Of a DNA stretch of 64,000 nucleotides, positions 10,016 to 20,126 are shown in pieces. Location of the stretch: NCBI GenBank assembly GCA_020148045.1, contig JAHCRG010000007.1, forward strand, positions 22,914 to 86,913, read 5' to 3'. Within the stretch, counting starts at the first letter, position 1. Each line of letters begins with the position of its first letter. The translations under genes and the position numbers were made by a program. The notes beneath the pieces are model-generated. The model had not been told where the DNA came from and did no database searches. It saw only the letters and a program-made list of their open reading frames with translations. Origin of the DNA: Patescibacteria group bacterium (GTDB lineage Bacteria; Patescibacteriota; Minisyncoccia; Minisyncoccales; GWA2-38-27).

Positions 10016-11485
10016 TTAATTCTTGCCGATATTTAATCTCTTGTTTGCCGTGCTCAATAGATACAATATATACCTGTTGATTAAGACATACCCGCCGTAA
10101 AAGAATTTCCAAAGATTTGCTTTTCTGTATCTTAAATAAGATATAATCACTTTGGGCCTCAGGTAAAATTCACACATTGCTTTTCGCTGAAAATTTAGCA
10201 AATCCTTAGCGTCCATATCGCATGGGACATAGACAGGGTTACCACTGCAATCAGCCCAATCGTGCCAGGAAGTAAACTTTTCCGGCTCAAAAATAGAATC
10301 TGTATTTTTAAAGAGGTCTTCAAAGAACTTGGAGCCTGGATAGGGAACGGCAAGGTTGAATTTTGTAACATCGCAATTTAATTCTTTAGCAAACTTGATG
10401 GTCTCTTCACATGTCTCTTTTGTCTCCCCGGGTAAGCCTAAAATAAATGAGCCTAATGTATATATCTTCGATTTCTTAACAATCCTCATTGTCCTCCTTG
10501 CTTGCTCTAATGTAGTTCCTTTATTATTCCTATCTAAAACGGCCTGGTTTCCCGACTCAAGGCCAAACATGACCAGATGAACGCCTGCCCTCTTCATCAT
10601 CAGCAGTAATTCTTCATTTACTAAATCTACCCTGGTCTCTGTGCACCACTTAATCTTTTTATGCAGGCCTCTTTGAATCAGTTCTCTGCAAAATTGCAAA
10701 CCGAATTCTATAGAAAAAGGGAAATTGGTATCAAAAAAACCAAAATATCGGGCATCATATCTATTGCACATATATTCTAATTCTTTTATAATATCCTCGC
10801 TCTTTCTATAATTTGGCCTTGGATAAATTTTGTCCTGGGCGCAAAATGAACATCTATAAGCGCATCCCCTCGAGCCTAAAATTGGCAATGCCAACTGTTT
10901 ATCTATAATTGCAAGCGGAATATCTGTATAACGCCTAAGGTCAAAAAGATGCCATGCGGGATAAGGCAGTTCATCTAAATTTCTAATAAAAGGCCTGTCT
11001 GGATTGTGGGTTATAGAATTCCCATCTAGAAAACTAATGCCTCTTACACTGCGTAAATTGCCTTTTTTCTTAATCGCTAAAGCAAGCTCCAAAGTCGTAA
11101 CTTCGCCCTCTCCTCTCACAATAATATCCCCGGTTTTTTGCCCTAACAGTTCTTCTGCAAAGATTGTAGCATGGATGCCTCCTAATGCTATCGGGGCATT
11201 GCTAAATCCCCTTATTTGATTAACAAGTACTTTTACATTATTAATTGTCGGCGTAAGGCAAGAGAAACCTATAATTCCCGGATTATATTTTTTAATTTCG
11301 TCTAGAAGTCTTTTGTTATTCATCTTATTGGCAAATTGATCTATAGCCTTAACTTCTATGCCTGCTTTCTCAAGAACAGCGGCAATAGAAGCAATGCCAA
11401 AAGGAAGAATGGGGCGAAAAAAGCTTCTAAGTTTTTGGCTTTTTTCGACCAAAGCCGATGTAGGGTTTACTAATAATATTTTCAT
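10016..11485 (-). CDS. B12-binding radical SAM protein
   Basis: N-terminal B12-binding domain (PFGIASIAA, GGIHAT, GEGE), SRGCAYRCSFC, G.ESG, GLPGET. Confidence 0.92.
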   Translation of the reverse strand: MKILLVNPTSALVEKSQKLRSFFRPILPFGIASIAAVLEKAGIEVKAIDQFANKMNNKRLLDEIKKYNPGIIGFSCLTPTINNVKVLVNQIRGFSNAPIALGGIHATIFAEELLGQKTGDIIVRGEGEVTTLELALAIKKKGNLRSVRGISFLDGNSITHNPDRPFIRNLDELPYPAWHLFDLRRYTDIPLAIIDKQLALPILGSRGCAYRCSFCAQDKIYPRPNYRKSEDIIKELEYMCNRYDARYFGFFDTNFPFSIEFGLQFCRELIQRGLHKKIKWCTETRVDLVNEELLLMMKRAGVHLVMFGLESGNQAVLDRNNKGTTLEQARRTMRIVKKSKIYTLGSFILGLPGETKETCEETIKFAKELNCDVTKFNLAVPYPGSKFFEDLFKNTDSIFEPEKFTSWHDWADCSGNPVYVPCDMDAKDLLNFQRKAMCEFYLRPKVIISYLRYRKANLWKFFYGGYVLINRYILYLLSTANKRLNIGKN

Positions 11486-11520
11486 AATTTATTATTACTT
11501 ATAGGAGTTTCCCTACCAAA

Positions 11521-12714
11521 TTAACCCCAATATTTAAAAATTTCGCCTGAAATAATCTCTTTCAAAAACCTGCTGTAATTATTAGCATCGTTTTGTTTAT
11601 ATTCAGGGTTAATCCTAACAGTTTGTTCGGCAATTTTTATACAATATCTGCAATCTTCGCAAGAATTGAGGTAGCAGTCTTCTTTCAAGAAATGGTCTAT
11701 AAAGCCATCTAACTTTCTATTGTCAATATAGACATCTAAATCTTTCAGCAGGCCTTTTTTTCTAACTAATTTAAATATATTTACCGCAAATGGATGGAAG
11801 AAGTATTTTATTTTATGGAGAAAATTTGGCCTTTTAAGCCATAGGCTCTTTGATGGATTCATAAACAGGTCATACAAGTTGCCATCGTGTTTCCTGTTTA
11901 AATAAGTATCTACAATAAAGGCGATGGCTTCGGTGGTCATATTCCTATCTACAACCTTGAATTTTTCAATGCCCATGTCTTCATAAACTGCAATATCCTC
12001 CGGCCTTATCCACGCCGAACGGATAAAATTTACTGGGTCGGCAATCATCTTGCTCCTGCACATAAACCGGCAATAATCGAACATAAAGATTCCCAGCTTA
12101 CTCGATGTTTGCGAACCGTGTGAACTAAGATTATGGTGGTAAAGAAATAACGGACAATCTTGGATGCAATTATCATTTACAATAAGTTGCAATTCGCATC
12201 TTACGCTTTCCTTAATCTTTTTCATCAATTTAAATCTGCGTGTCATCTCGGTTTGCGGCAAAGTGATTATTGAAGCCCCTAAGTCTTCCCAAAACTTGGC
12301 CTTAATTACCGAATTGACATGGGCAAAACAAGATACCGAAATTTCGAAATGGGGGTAATGCTTCCTTATCAACTGCGTAAGATAGGGAATTGCTACCACA
12401 ACTCCGTCTGCCTTAATTTCAGACAACCAAGTTAAAAGTTCATGTATTCTCTTCTGGCCAGACCCGGTCAATTCTCGACCGCCTATACAAGTAGAATTTA
12501 AGATATAATAAAATTTTAAGCTATTATTATGGATTTCACAGATGTGTTTCTTTATTTGCTTCTTTGTTACTTTTAGCGATATACAAGAAGGCCTTCCGCC
12601 TCCAAAAAAGTCCCTGTCCAATTTTCCATACACTGTGTCTATATTTGGTTTATTTATTTTCTTGATTAAATCGTTCTGCCAGTTTGTAGGAACCGTTAAC
12701 TTCATAGCAAGCAA
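11521..12714 (-). CDS. U32-family Fe-S protein (UbiU/UbiV/TrhP-like)
   Basis: GGGR, YILNSTC, SVSCFAHV, NDNCIQDCP...YCRFMC, WIRPED, FKVVDR. Confidence 0.8.
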   Translation of the reverse strand: MLAMKLTVPTNWQNDLIKKINKPNIDTVYGKLDRDFFGGGRPSCISLKVTKKQIKKHICEIHNNSLKFYYILNSTCIGGRELTGSGQKRIHELLTWLSEIKADGVVVAIPYLTQLIRKHYPHFEISVSCFAHVNSVIKAKFWEDLGASIITLPQTEMTRRFKLMKKIKESVRCELQLIVNDNCIQDCPLFLYHHNLSSHGSQTSSKLGIFMFDYCRFMCRSKMIADPVNFIRSAWIRPEDIAVYEDMGIEKFKVVDRNMTTEAIAFIVDTYLNRKHDGNLYDLFMNPSKSLWLKRPNFLHKIKYFFHPFAVNIFKLVRKKGLLKDLDVYIDNRKLDGFIDHFLKEDCYLNSCEDCRYCIKIAEQTVRINPEYKQNDANNYSRFLKEIISGEIFKYWG

Positions 12715-14198
12715 CGCCTTTTATTTTTATAATTCTTTGATTTAGCGATAATTCCTTTGAGTAGCATTGAAGCCAGCCACAAAAATCCAAGAAAAAGGTT
12801 TTTCAAGGTTACTGTTCTCTGTAAAATATGGTTCATAATAGCCCTAGGCCTTACATAAAAATCAAACATTGCTCTCCTCTGCAAATATCTCAGGGTCTCG
12901 CTGTCTAAATCTTCCGGGCAATAAACAAGGTCGCCTTTTGCTGATGTCCAATCGCTCCAACTAGTAAACTTTTCTGGCTCAGCTACCTTTTTATTATGCC
13001 TGATGAAATCTTCAAAGAATTTGGATCCGGGGTAGGGAACGGCAATATTAAACTTTACCAAGTCGCATCTTATCTCCTTTGCAAATGTTATAGTCTCCAT
13101 ACAAGTGTCTTTAGTCTCACCCGGAAGTCCAAGCATAAACAGGCCCTGGCTCAATATCCCGGCTTTTTTTGTTTCCTGTACTGCTATTCTCGCCTGTTCT
13201 AAGGTAGTTCCTTTATGGATACTTTTAAGGATTCTTTTATTTCCGACTTCTATGCCATACATAATAAGATGCACCCCTGCTTCTTTCATTGCCTTTAATA
13301 GTCCCGGGGAAACCTTATCAACTCTTGTCTCTGTACACCACTTAAGCTTTTTGTGCAGCCCGCGCTTTATCATGATATTGCAAAACTTTAATCCGGATTC
13401 CTCATCGAAAGGAAAATAGGCGTCGGAGAATCCAAAATACCGTATTTTACAAGAAGTTAAGAAGTATTCTATTTCATCGACAACCTTATTTAAATCGCGA
13501 TACCTTACCTTAGCGTATACAGTGTCTTGAGAACAATAATAACATCTATAAGGGCACCCTCGTGACGCCATTATCGGTATTGCCCTTGAATTAGATATCG
13601 CAGATAGAGGAACTTCACTATAATCATCTAAATTTAAAGCATCCCATGCCGGAAAAGGCAGTGCATCAAGATTATCAATAAGCCTGCGCTCTGGGTTGTG
13701 TCTTATTCCTCCAGGCAAACGGAAACTAATGCCGGCTACATCCTCTAATTGTTTGCCCTGCATAAGATGATTGCATAACTCCAGCATAGTTGTTTCTCCC
13801 TCTCCCCTCACTACAATATCAGCTGTGTAATCCTTAAGCATTTCTTCAGGAAAACAGGTGGCATGAATATTACCCAAAACAATTTTACTGCTAATTCTTG
13901 ACTTGCGGATCAGTAAAACCAGCCTTCTAATATCGGGCATAACCGGCGTAAGCGCAGAGAAACCTATAATAAACGGCTTTTGCTTTTTGATAGAATCGAT
14001 AAGTTCGCTGTCAGGCATCTTTCTTGCATACTGGTCGATAACAGAGACCTTTAGGCCATTGTTACGGAGCACGGCGGCAATATAGCATAGTCCAAGCGGA
14101 GCGATAGGAGTGCAGAATCTGCGGTAGCCCCAACTGTTATTTATTAATTTAGAATTAGGATTTATAAGCAAGACATCCGTATCTCTTTGCATTTGCAC
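12702..14198 (-). CDS. B12-binding radical SAM protein (close paralog of 10016-11485)
   Basis: PLGLCYIAA, GNIHAT, SRGCPYRCYYC, GLPGET. Confidence 0.92.
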   Translation of the reverse strand: MQMQRDTDVLLINPNSKLINNSWGYRRFCTPIAPLGLCYIAAVLRNNGLKVSVIDQYARKMPDSELIDSIKKQKPFIIGFSALTPVMPDIRRLVLLIRKSRISSKIVLGNIHATCFPEEMLKDYTADIVVRGEGETTMLELCNHLMQGKQLEDVAGISFRLPGGIRHNPERRLIDNLDALPFPAWDALNLDDYSEVPLSAISNSRAIPIMASRGCPYRCYYCSQDTVYAKVRYRDLNKVVDEIEYFLTSCKIRYFGFSDAYFPFDEESGLKFCNIMIKRGLHKKLKWCTETRVDKVSPGLLKAMKEAGVHLIMYGIEVGNKRILKSIHKGTTLEQARIAVQETKKAGILSQGLFMLGLPGETKDTCMETITFAKEIRCDLVKFNIAVPYPGSKFFEDFIRHNKKVAEPEKFTSWSDWTSAKGDLVYCPEDLDSETLRYLQRRAMFDFYVRPRAIMNHILQRTVTLKNLFLGFLWLASMLLKGIIAKSKNYKNKRRCLL

Positions 14199-14212
14199 AG
14201 GCCCTTAAAATT

Positions 14213-15265
14213 TCAAACTGTTTCGAAGAGTTTATTAATCTCTTTCAATAAGCATTCTTTTTTGGTCTGATCAACCGAGACCTCTACGCTGTCCATATAA
14301 AAGGTATCCTTTGTTAAATATATCTTTAACAGGGACTTAATATGCCTTTCCTTTGAAAGTACGCCATAGAGCTCTTTGCGATTGCAGAAATATAAGCATT
14401 TGAGGCCGGTCCTAATAAAAAGCGTGGGAAAAAATTTTAAGAGAATGCTAATAATCGAAGAATATCTACTTTCCGCAACCGAAGTGTTTACTAACCTAAA
14501 ACAATTGCCGTTATAGCTTTTTTGGGAATATGCCATCGCACAATTAATAATCCAGTTGGCAGGCTTGGTTCTTCCCCCCAGTTTAAGGAAATCAACCCCT
14601 ATCCCCTCATATTTTTTCACATCATTTGGGTAAATAAACCCCGTCTCTCTAAATAATGAGGGATTGTTTAATTTTAGCTTTAAGCACTTGAATATCCCTT
14701 TTTGAAAGTGCCCTGCGCTCTCTAAGTGCTCTCTCCAATAAGGGCAATTGGGAAGGCAGATGTTATTTGCCAAAAGCTTTATCTGTAAAGCTGTCTTTTG
14801 CTTGACCAGCCTGATAAACTCCAAATCGCTATTTTTAGTATAATCTAAGCAAATGACGTCACAGTCGAGTTCTTTAAATAGCATTGCCTCCTTAAGAGAA
14901 TCGATTTTGCAGGCAATGGAACTGCAGATTTTGAAAGGATATTCCTTCTTAACGAATGAAATAAAGCTGTAATTGGAGGCAGTTACCATATCCACATTGA
15001 TTTTGCTGAGTCTATCTAAAAGAGCAATCCTCTGTTTGGTAATAGTTATATTGGGATGATTTAGGACATAGTTAAATTTGATGCCTAATTCATGAGAGTA
15101 TTCTACATATTCTTTAAATCTTCCCGTATCAACTTTAGGCAAAGCGTACGAAGGCAAAACAGTTCCGCCGGCATCATTCTGTAAACTACCATAAGTATCG
15201 TGGACTGTGCCTTTCAGCTTTTCGAGAATCCTAAAGTCAAAGTTTGTGGGGGCGGATATCTTCAT
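14213..15265 (-). CDS. U32-family protein
   Basis: FNYVLN, LANNICLPNCPY, FIYPND, FLKLGGRT. Confidence 0.75.
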   Translation of the reverse strand: MKISAPTNFDFRILEKLKGTVHDTYGSLQNDAGGTVLPSYALPKVDTGRFKEYVEYSHELGIKFNYVLNHPNITITKQRIALLDRLSKINVDMVTASNYSFISFVKKEYPFKICSSIACKIDSLKEAMLFKELDCDVICLDYTKNSDLEFIRLVKQKTALQIKLLANNICLPNCPYWREHLESAGHFQKGIFKCLKLKLNNPSLFRETGFIYPNDVKKYEGIGVDFLKLGGRTKPANWIINCAMAYSQKSYNGNCFRLVNTSVAESRYSSIISILLKFFPTLFIRTGLKCLYFCNRKELYGVLSKERHIKSLLKIYLTKDTFYMDSVEVSVDQTKKECLLKEINKLFETV

Positions 15266-15272
15266 TTTTGTT

Positions 15273-16796
15273 TTATTCTAACAGAAGTCGCATAATATAA
15301 ATTAATGCTTCTGCATTTTTATTTTTATTGTATCCTTTTCTCGCCAGCAGCCAGCCGTCCTCCATATGCACTACTCCGTAGTTATCTTCCGCCAAAAAGT
15401 ATTTTAATTGCAAGAGAAGTTCTTTCCTATCGATGTGATAAAGGTCGTCTTTTAGCAAATCTACAAATATATAATCCCATTTATATTTCCTGATAAGGAC
15501 TTCTCGGGATAACACACCCAAGAATTTACATCGTCCAAGGTGCGGCGCTAAGGATTGTAAAGTTATGCAAGATGCTCCGGAAGGAATCTTCTTTAATAAT
15601 TTATGTCCGATTTCGCTATGTCTTGTGGGCCTGTAATATCCAAAATGAAAATTTTTGCTAAATGGCATAGGCCCCAACTTATCCCCAAATACGCCTTTCG
15701 GCTTTACATAATAGTGCTGCAGAAATGCAACTATTAAGATCAGTACAGCTAATATCTTATGTAATAATTCCTTTTTTATGCCTTTATATTTAACAAAGAA
15801 CTTATTAATGGCCTTCTCTGTTCCATATACAGCGCCGGCAAAGATAAAGGCTAAGATTAAAAAATGTCCCGAGGAATGCTGATTTCTGAGCAATATAAAC
15901 CCTATTTCTGGTATGATAGGCAGAAGATGCAAAGGGGACAAAAATACAAAGATATTAGGCAAAGGATAAAAAGCATAAAGGAACATATTGTCTAGGTTGA
16001 AGAGATTTTTTATAAACAACGATGGGTTATTTAAAGCGTATCGCAAAGCCTCTATCAGACTACTGCCGTATCGGTCAAAATGCAACATTGGCGCGGGGAA
16101 AGACTGAGCTGTTAATTTAAGATAAATAAAGCAAAGGCCCGTTGTAACTATTAGCCAAATAGAGCTGATTTTTACAACTGTTTTTCCATATTTGCTTTTT
16201 GCTTTAGAAAAGGATAGGATTAACCCCAAAATAAGAGTCATTACCACTGTATCGACCTTTGACATATTAGCTAAAATTATAAAAAAAATGAATTTCCCGA
16301 AATTCTCTTTTTCCAAATAATAAAAAGCAAACAAAAGGAAAGGCAGCCCCAGCGAAAGAGGAATATAGCCTAACATTGCGCCTGTGGTTACAATAGGATG
16401 CAAAAGATATGCGATAGAAAAGGCGCCGGCTAAATAGGCACTATACAAGCGCTTTCTTGCGAGAAAATATATAGGCAGAGCCGCGCTTGCCATTATAATA
16501 CTTTGAAAAATATATAGTGCTTCGGCTCTGAGAATAAATTTATAGATAAATGCGATTAGGTAATTAATAGGAGTGAACAAAAAAAACAATACAGCATATT
16601 CGGGGCAAACATATACATTAAAAATACTGATACCTTCAGATAATTTTGGATAAATATGTATGAACTGCCATCCAAATAAAGTAGGAGAAAATATTTTAAA
16701 TTTTAAAATATTTATAAAAGCGAAGGCGATTGCAAAAATTAGGCTAAAGACGCAAATTATAATAAAGCTTAAATTATAATGTTTGTTGGAGCTCAT
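15273..16796 (-). CDS. DUF2079-like multi-TM protein (probable GT-C fold)
   Basis: Many TMs; AYLLHP, IPSGAS...L.PHL pattern. Confidence 0.55.
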   Translation of the reverse strand: MSSNKHYNLSFIIICVFSLIFAIAFAFINILKFKIFSPTLFGWQFIHIYPKLSEGISIFNVYVCPEYAVLFFLFTPINYLIAFIYKFILRAEALYIFQSIIMASAALPIYFLARKRLYSAYLAGAFSIAYLLHPIVTTGAMLGYIPLSLGLPFLLFAFYYLEKENFGKFIFFIILANMSKVDTVVMTLILGLILSFSKAKSKYGKTVVKISSIWLIVTTGLCFIYLKLTAQSFPAPMLHFDRYGSSLIEALRYALNNPSLFIKNLFNLDNMFLYAFYPLPNIFVFLSPLHLLPIIPEIGFILLRNQHSSGHFLILAFIFAGAVYGTEKAINKFFVKYKGIKKELLHKILAVLILIVAFLQHYYVKPKGVFGDKLGPMPFSKNFHFGYYRPTRHSEIGHKLLKKIPSGASCITLQSLAPHLGRCKFLGVLSREVLIRKYKWDYIFVDLLKDDLYHIDRKELLLQLKYFLAEDNYGVVHMEDGWLLARKGYNKNKNAEALIYIMRLLLE

Positions 16797-16821
16797 GCGC
16801 GCGCTCTGTAATGTATTTATT

Positions 16822-17622
16822 TTACACCTTTCGGGATAAATAATTATGGATTGTCTCTGCCCTGAGGTCCTTTCTTTTGCACCATGCCAGAAAGTTATCC
16901 AGCAAGCCTAAAGTCTTATTTCCCGTATTGCGTGTTATCACATAAGGCAACTTAAAAGGCATTTTCCGGTCAATATTAGCAAAGTCCCAAGAATGAAAAT
17001 AAATGTTGATATAGTCATGAGTAAAGAGCGCCCAAGATGTGCAAAATTTAGCATAATTCAGGCCAAACCATCGAAACCAAATCCAAGAGAAAGGCAACCT
17101 GATAATTGGAGTAACCGAGATAGGAATATTTACTAATCCGCTCTTTGACTTCATTCTCCTAGATTTCAAAAAATTACAATAGCGACCGGGGACATATGTA
17201 GGATGGCAACTGTTGTCATAATCAAATCCAGACTTTCTAACAATATCAAAAGGCAAAACAACTAATTTGTGATTTTTGAAACCGTAAATCTTCGTCCTTA
17301 TATTCTTTTCTATTTTTTCTTTGATATATTTAATCTCGGCAATGGTCTCCTGGGCATTGCCATTTTTTTTATAATCTATGTTAGCATGAAGGCCCACTTC
17401 ATGCCCATCAGCGATTAATTGCCTTAATAGGTCGGGATACGTCTCTGATATCTTCTCAGTAACAAAAAAGGTAATTTTAATTGAATGGTCTCTAACAACT
17501 TTAAGCAATCTCTGTATTCCCGCAAAAGCTGTCTCGAGCATTAATTCTTCCGATATCGCTGCTCCGAAATCAAAAGGCAGGCTAAACTCCTCAAAGTCGC
17601 ATGCTAATAGCAATATTTTCAT
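16822..17622 (-). CDS. Polysaccharide deacetylase (CE4/NodB family)
   Basis: CDFEE, TFFV, GHEVGLH, YFHSWDF. Confidence 0.85.
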   Translation of the reverse strand: MKILLLACDFEEFSLPFDFGAAISEELMLETAFAGIQRLLKVVRDHSIKITFFVTEKISETYPDLLRQLIADGHEVGLHANIDYKKNGNAQETIAEIKYIKEKIEKNIRTKIYGFKNHKLVVLPFDIVRKSGFDYDNSCHPTYVPGRYCNFLKSRRMKSKSGLVNIPISVTPIIRLPFSWIWFRWFGLNYAKFCTSWALFTHDYINIYFHSWDFANIDRKMPFKLPYVITRNTGNKTLGLLDNFLAWCKRKDLRAETIHNYLSRKV

Positions 17623-17625
17623 TTT

Positions 17626-18612
17626 TTACTCGAATGTCCCTTTGATAACTTTGATTAAAGAAGGTATTTTAAACAAATAAACCATATTAAGCTCTAAAGT
17701 CCCTGTGCACCAGCAATATGGGCAGGAATGTAACGGTAAAGCGCTAAAGGCTTTTTTTACGCCGGCGTTTACACAATTTGCTGTGCCTGCAACTCTCAGG
17801 CCTTCACAGGGGTGCATATCTCCATTTGGTTTAATATGGCAAAAAATCCTGCCGCCGATGCAACTGTTAAGTTTTTTCCCCTCGGGGTAAAATCTGAGAT
17901 AACTTAAAGCGGGCAGGGAATTAAGCACGTATTTATTTCTTTTAGCCTCCCGTATAATATACGCAATCTTTTCTCTATATAGACCGGTGGGAGGAGTTAA
18001 CCATTTTATATCTTTTTTGCCAGAGTGGATATATTTTAAAGGAGAAAACCTCACGGGAATTTTAAGTTCCTTGCTTTTATTTATTATAAATTCAATATAC
18101 GGTAAATTTAATCTATTCAATGTAGTGTTAAAAGCTACTTTAATTTTGTGTTTCTTGGCTATAGAAGCTGCTTGTAAAGTCCTCTTATATGCTCCTGGTC
18201 CTCTTAATTCATCCTGAATGAATTCTGGACCATCAAAGCTCAGCTTTAGCATATATATATTCTTTAAAGATTCTATGCGTTCCGGGACCAGGGCTCCATT
18301 GGAAATAACTTGAGTTTGTACATTTTTACGCCGACAATAATTGATTATTTGACCGAGGTCACTCCTCAACAATGGTTCTCCGCCGCAGAAACTGATTATC
18401 GCAGTCCCCATTCCTTTTAAATCATCAATAATTGATAAAACTTCGCTCGTTTTTAACTCGCCCCCTGAATCAAACGCAGGAATACCGCAATATTTACAAT
18501 TATAGTTGCATCGGTATGTCAGATACCAACTCACCGCCAAAGGAAGCCTTTTATTGAATAATCGCGCACTCAAAAGCCCTAATGCGCTTTTACATTTTGA
18601 CCTGAAATCCAT
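17626..18612 (-). CDS. Radical SAM/SPASM(twitch) protein
   Basis: CNYNCKYC, GGEPLLR, C-terminal C..G....I.PNG..HPC...CPYCWC. Confidence 0.9.
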   Translation of the reverse strand: MDFRSKCKSALGLLSARLFNKRLPLAVSWYLTYRCNYNCKYCGIPAFDSGGELKTSEVLSIIDDLKGMGTAIISFCGGEPLLRSDLGQIINYCRRKNVQTQVISNGALVPERIESLKNIYMLKLSFDGPEFIQDELRGPGAYKRTLQAASIAKKHKIKVAFNTTLNRLNLPYIEFIINKSKELKIPVRFSPLKYIHSGKKDIKWLTPPTGLYREKIAYIIREAKRNKYVLNSLPALSYLRFYPEGKKLNSCIGGRIFCHIKPNGDMHPCEGLRVAGTANCVNAGVKKAFSALPLHSCPYCWCTGTLELNMVYLFKIPSLIKVIKGTFE

Positions 18613-20117
18613 TTTTCAGTATTAAATATAGGATTTTTAAGCCCTTTTGCTATTTTCTTCATTGTAAAATAGGAATAACGAATATAATATCTTCTCCGGG
18701 AAATATCCAGCCGGTCCTTTGCCAGCATGGTAAACGGGGCCTCGATGATTGACGGACTAAATAAAGGCAAGAATAGATACAGCCTTTTCTCAATAAACCA
18801 ATTGTATATTCCCGGGGGCAAAAAATGTAAAATAAGCAACAACCAATGAAATCTAATTTTATTTTTCGGGTGAACTTTGTTCTGCAGCGTGTTAGCTGCC
18901 TTGCATGGGTTCTCTTCCAAAACATCAATAAGTTCATTGGTTAAAGCTCTTTCTCTAATTCCTGCTTTAATAATTGGGGTGCCGGGAAAATATATTAACC
19001 AAAAAACACAAATCCTATTTGGCCTATTCTCATTATAGAATTTTGCCATTTCTACCAAATCATTCTCGGTCTCCTGAGGTAAGCCGATGATATTATCTAC
19101 CACGCAGCGAATTTTGAATTTTCTGCACAGATGTATCACTTCTCTTACCTGATTGTTGTCTTCTTCTCTGTTGAGAATCTTCTTTCTTAAAACCTGGCTT
19201 GTGCTCTGGACCCCCAGGCATAATTGGTAACATTTGATATTTTTCAAATATTTCATTACATTTTCATTGATGGTGCCTGGCGAACCAAAACAATATGACG
19301 GTATGTCTATATATTTTTTATATTGATTAGAAAATTCTTTCAACCACTGCTCATTGCATGTAAAGAGGTCATCGTTTATCCGCAGGCGTTTAAAATTATA
19401 TCTTTTTTTTGCCTCTTTTAACTCTTGAATAACATTTTGCACGCTTCTGAAGCGTATTTTCTTCTGGCCGGGATAAAGCTTCTGCCATACGCTATTGTGG
19501 CAATAGGAACAGCTATTTACGCAACCCCGGCGCGTTATCGCTGTATAACCATTCCTGTATCGAGGGATTACCTCATAGTATAATTCTTTATCGGGGAAAG
19601 GCAGTGTATCCAGGTCATCAATATAAGGCCTTAGGGGATTCCTGATGATTTCGCCATCATGTCTAAACCAGATATTTCTAATTGAATAATCTACCTTTTT
19701 CTTTCGAAAGCTATTTGCCAGGTCCAGAAGCGGGTATTCTCCCTCCCCAATAATTACGGAGTCTACGCAACTGTTTTTCAACACCTTCTCAGGCACAGAT
19801 GTAGGATGAATACCGCCAAAAGTAATGTGCGCGGGGGGAAGATGTTCCTTTAGCTGTTGAGCTAATCTTAACGCCCAAATATATTCAGAACTAACTACAG
19901 AGAACGCCACGATATCGGGGCAATAGTCTATGATTTGCTTTATGAGAAATTTCTCATAATTAAAGACTTTATCTAAATATTTAATGCTAATAAACGGATC
20001 GTTAAACAATTTAGGATCGAATGCTAAACGGGTAAAATGGCCATGCGATTTTAAAACTGCTGATAAATATTCAATGCCTAAGTTCTCAAAAGCGCCATAA
20101 ACGAACATTAGTTTCAT
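18579..20117 (-). CDS. B12-binding radical SAM protein
   Basis: LGIEYLSA, GGIHPT, GEGE, RGCVNSCSYC. Confidence 0.92.
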   Translation of the reverse strand: MKLMFVYGAFENLGIEYLSAVLKSHGHFTRLAFDPKLFNDPFISIKYLDKVFNYEKFLIKQIIDYCPDIVAFSVVSSEYIWALRLAQQLKEHLPPAHITFGGIHPTSVPEKVLKNSCVDSVIIGEGEYPLLDLANSFRKKKVDYSIRNIWFRHDGEIIRNPLRPYIDDLDTLPFPDKELYYEVIPRYRNGYTAITRRGCVNSCSYCHNSVWQKLYPGQKKIRFRSVQNVIQELKEAKKRYNFKRLRINDDLFTCNEQWLKEFSNQYKKYIDIPSYCFGSPGTINENVMKYLKNIKCYQLCLGVQSTSQVLRKKILNREEDNNQVREVIHLCRKFKIRCVVDNIIGLPQETENDLVEMAKFYNENRPNRICVFWLIYFPGTPIIKAGIRERALTNELIDVLEENPCKAANTLQNKVHPKNKIRFHWLLLILHFLPPGIYNWFIEKRLYLFLPLFSPSIIEAPFTMLAKDRLDISRRRYYIRYSYFTMKKIAKGLKNPIFNTEKWISGQNVKAH

Positions 20118-20126
20118 ATTAACTTC

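Noticed and set aside
11521..15265. U32 proteins as RiPP leader proteases
   Set aside because: Characterised U32 members are Fe-S hydroxylation factors and the Cys motifs fit that; protease activity is unsupported
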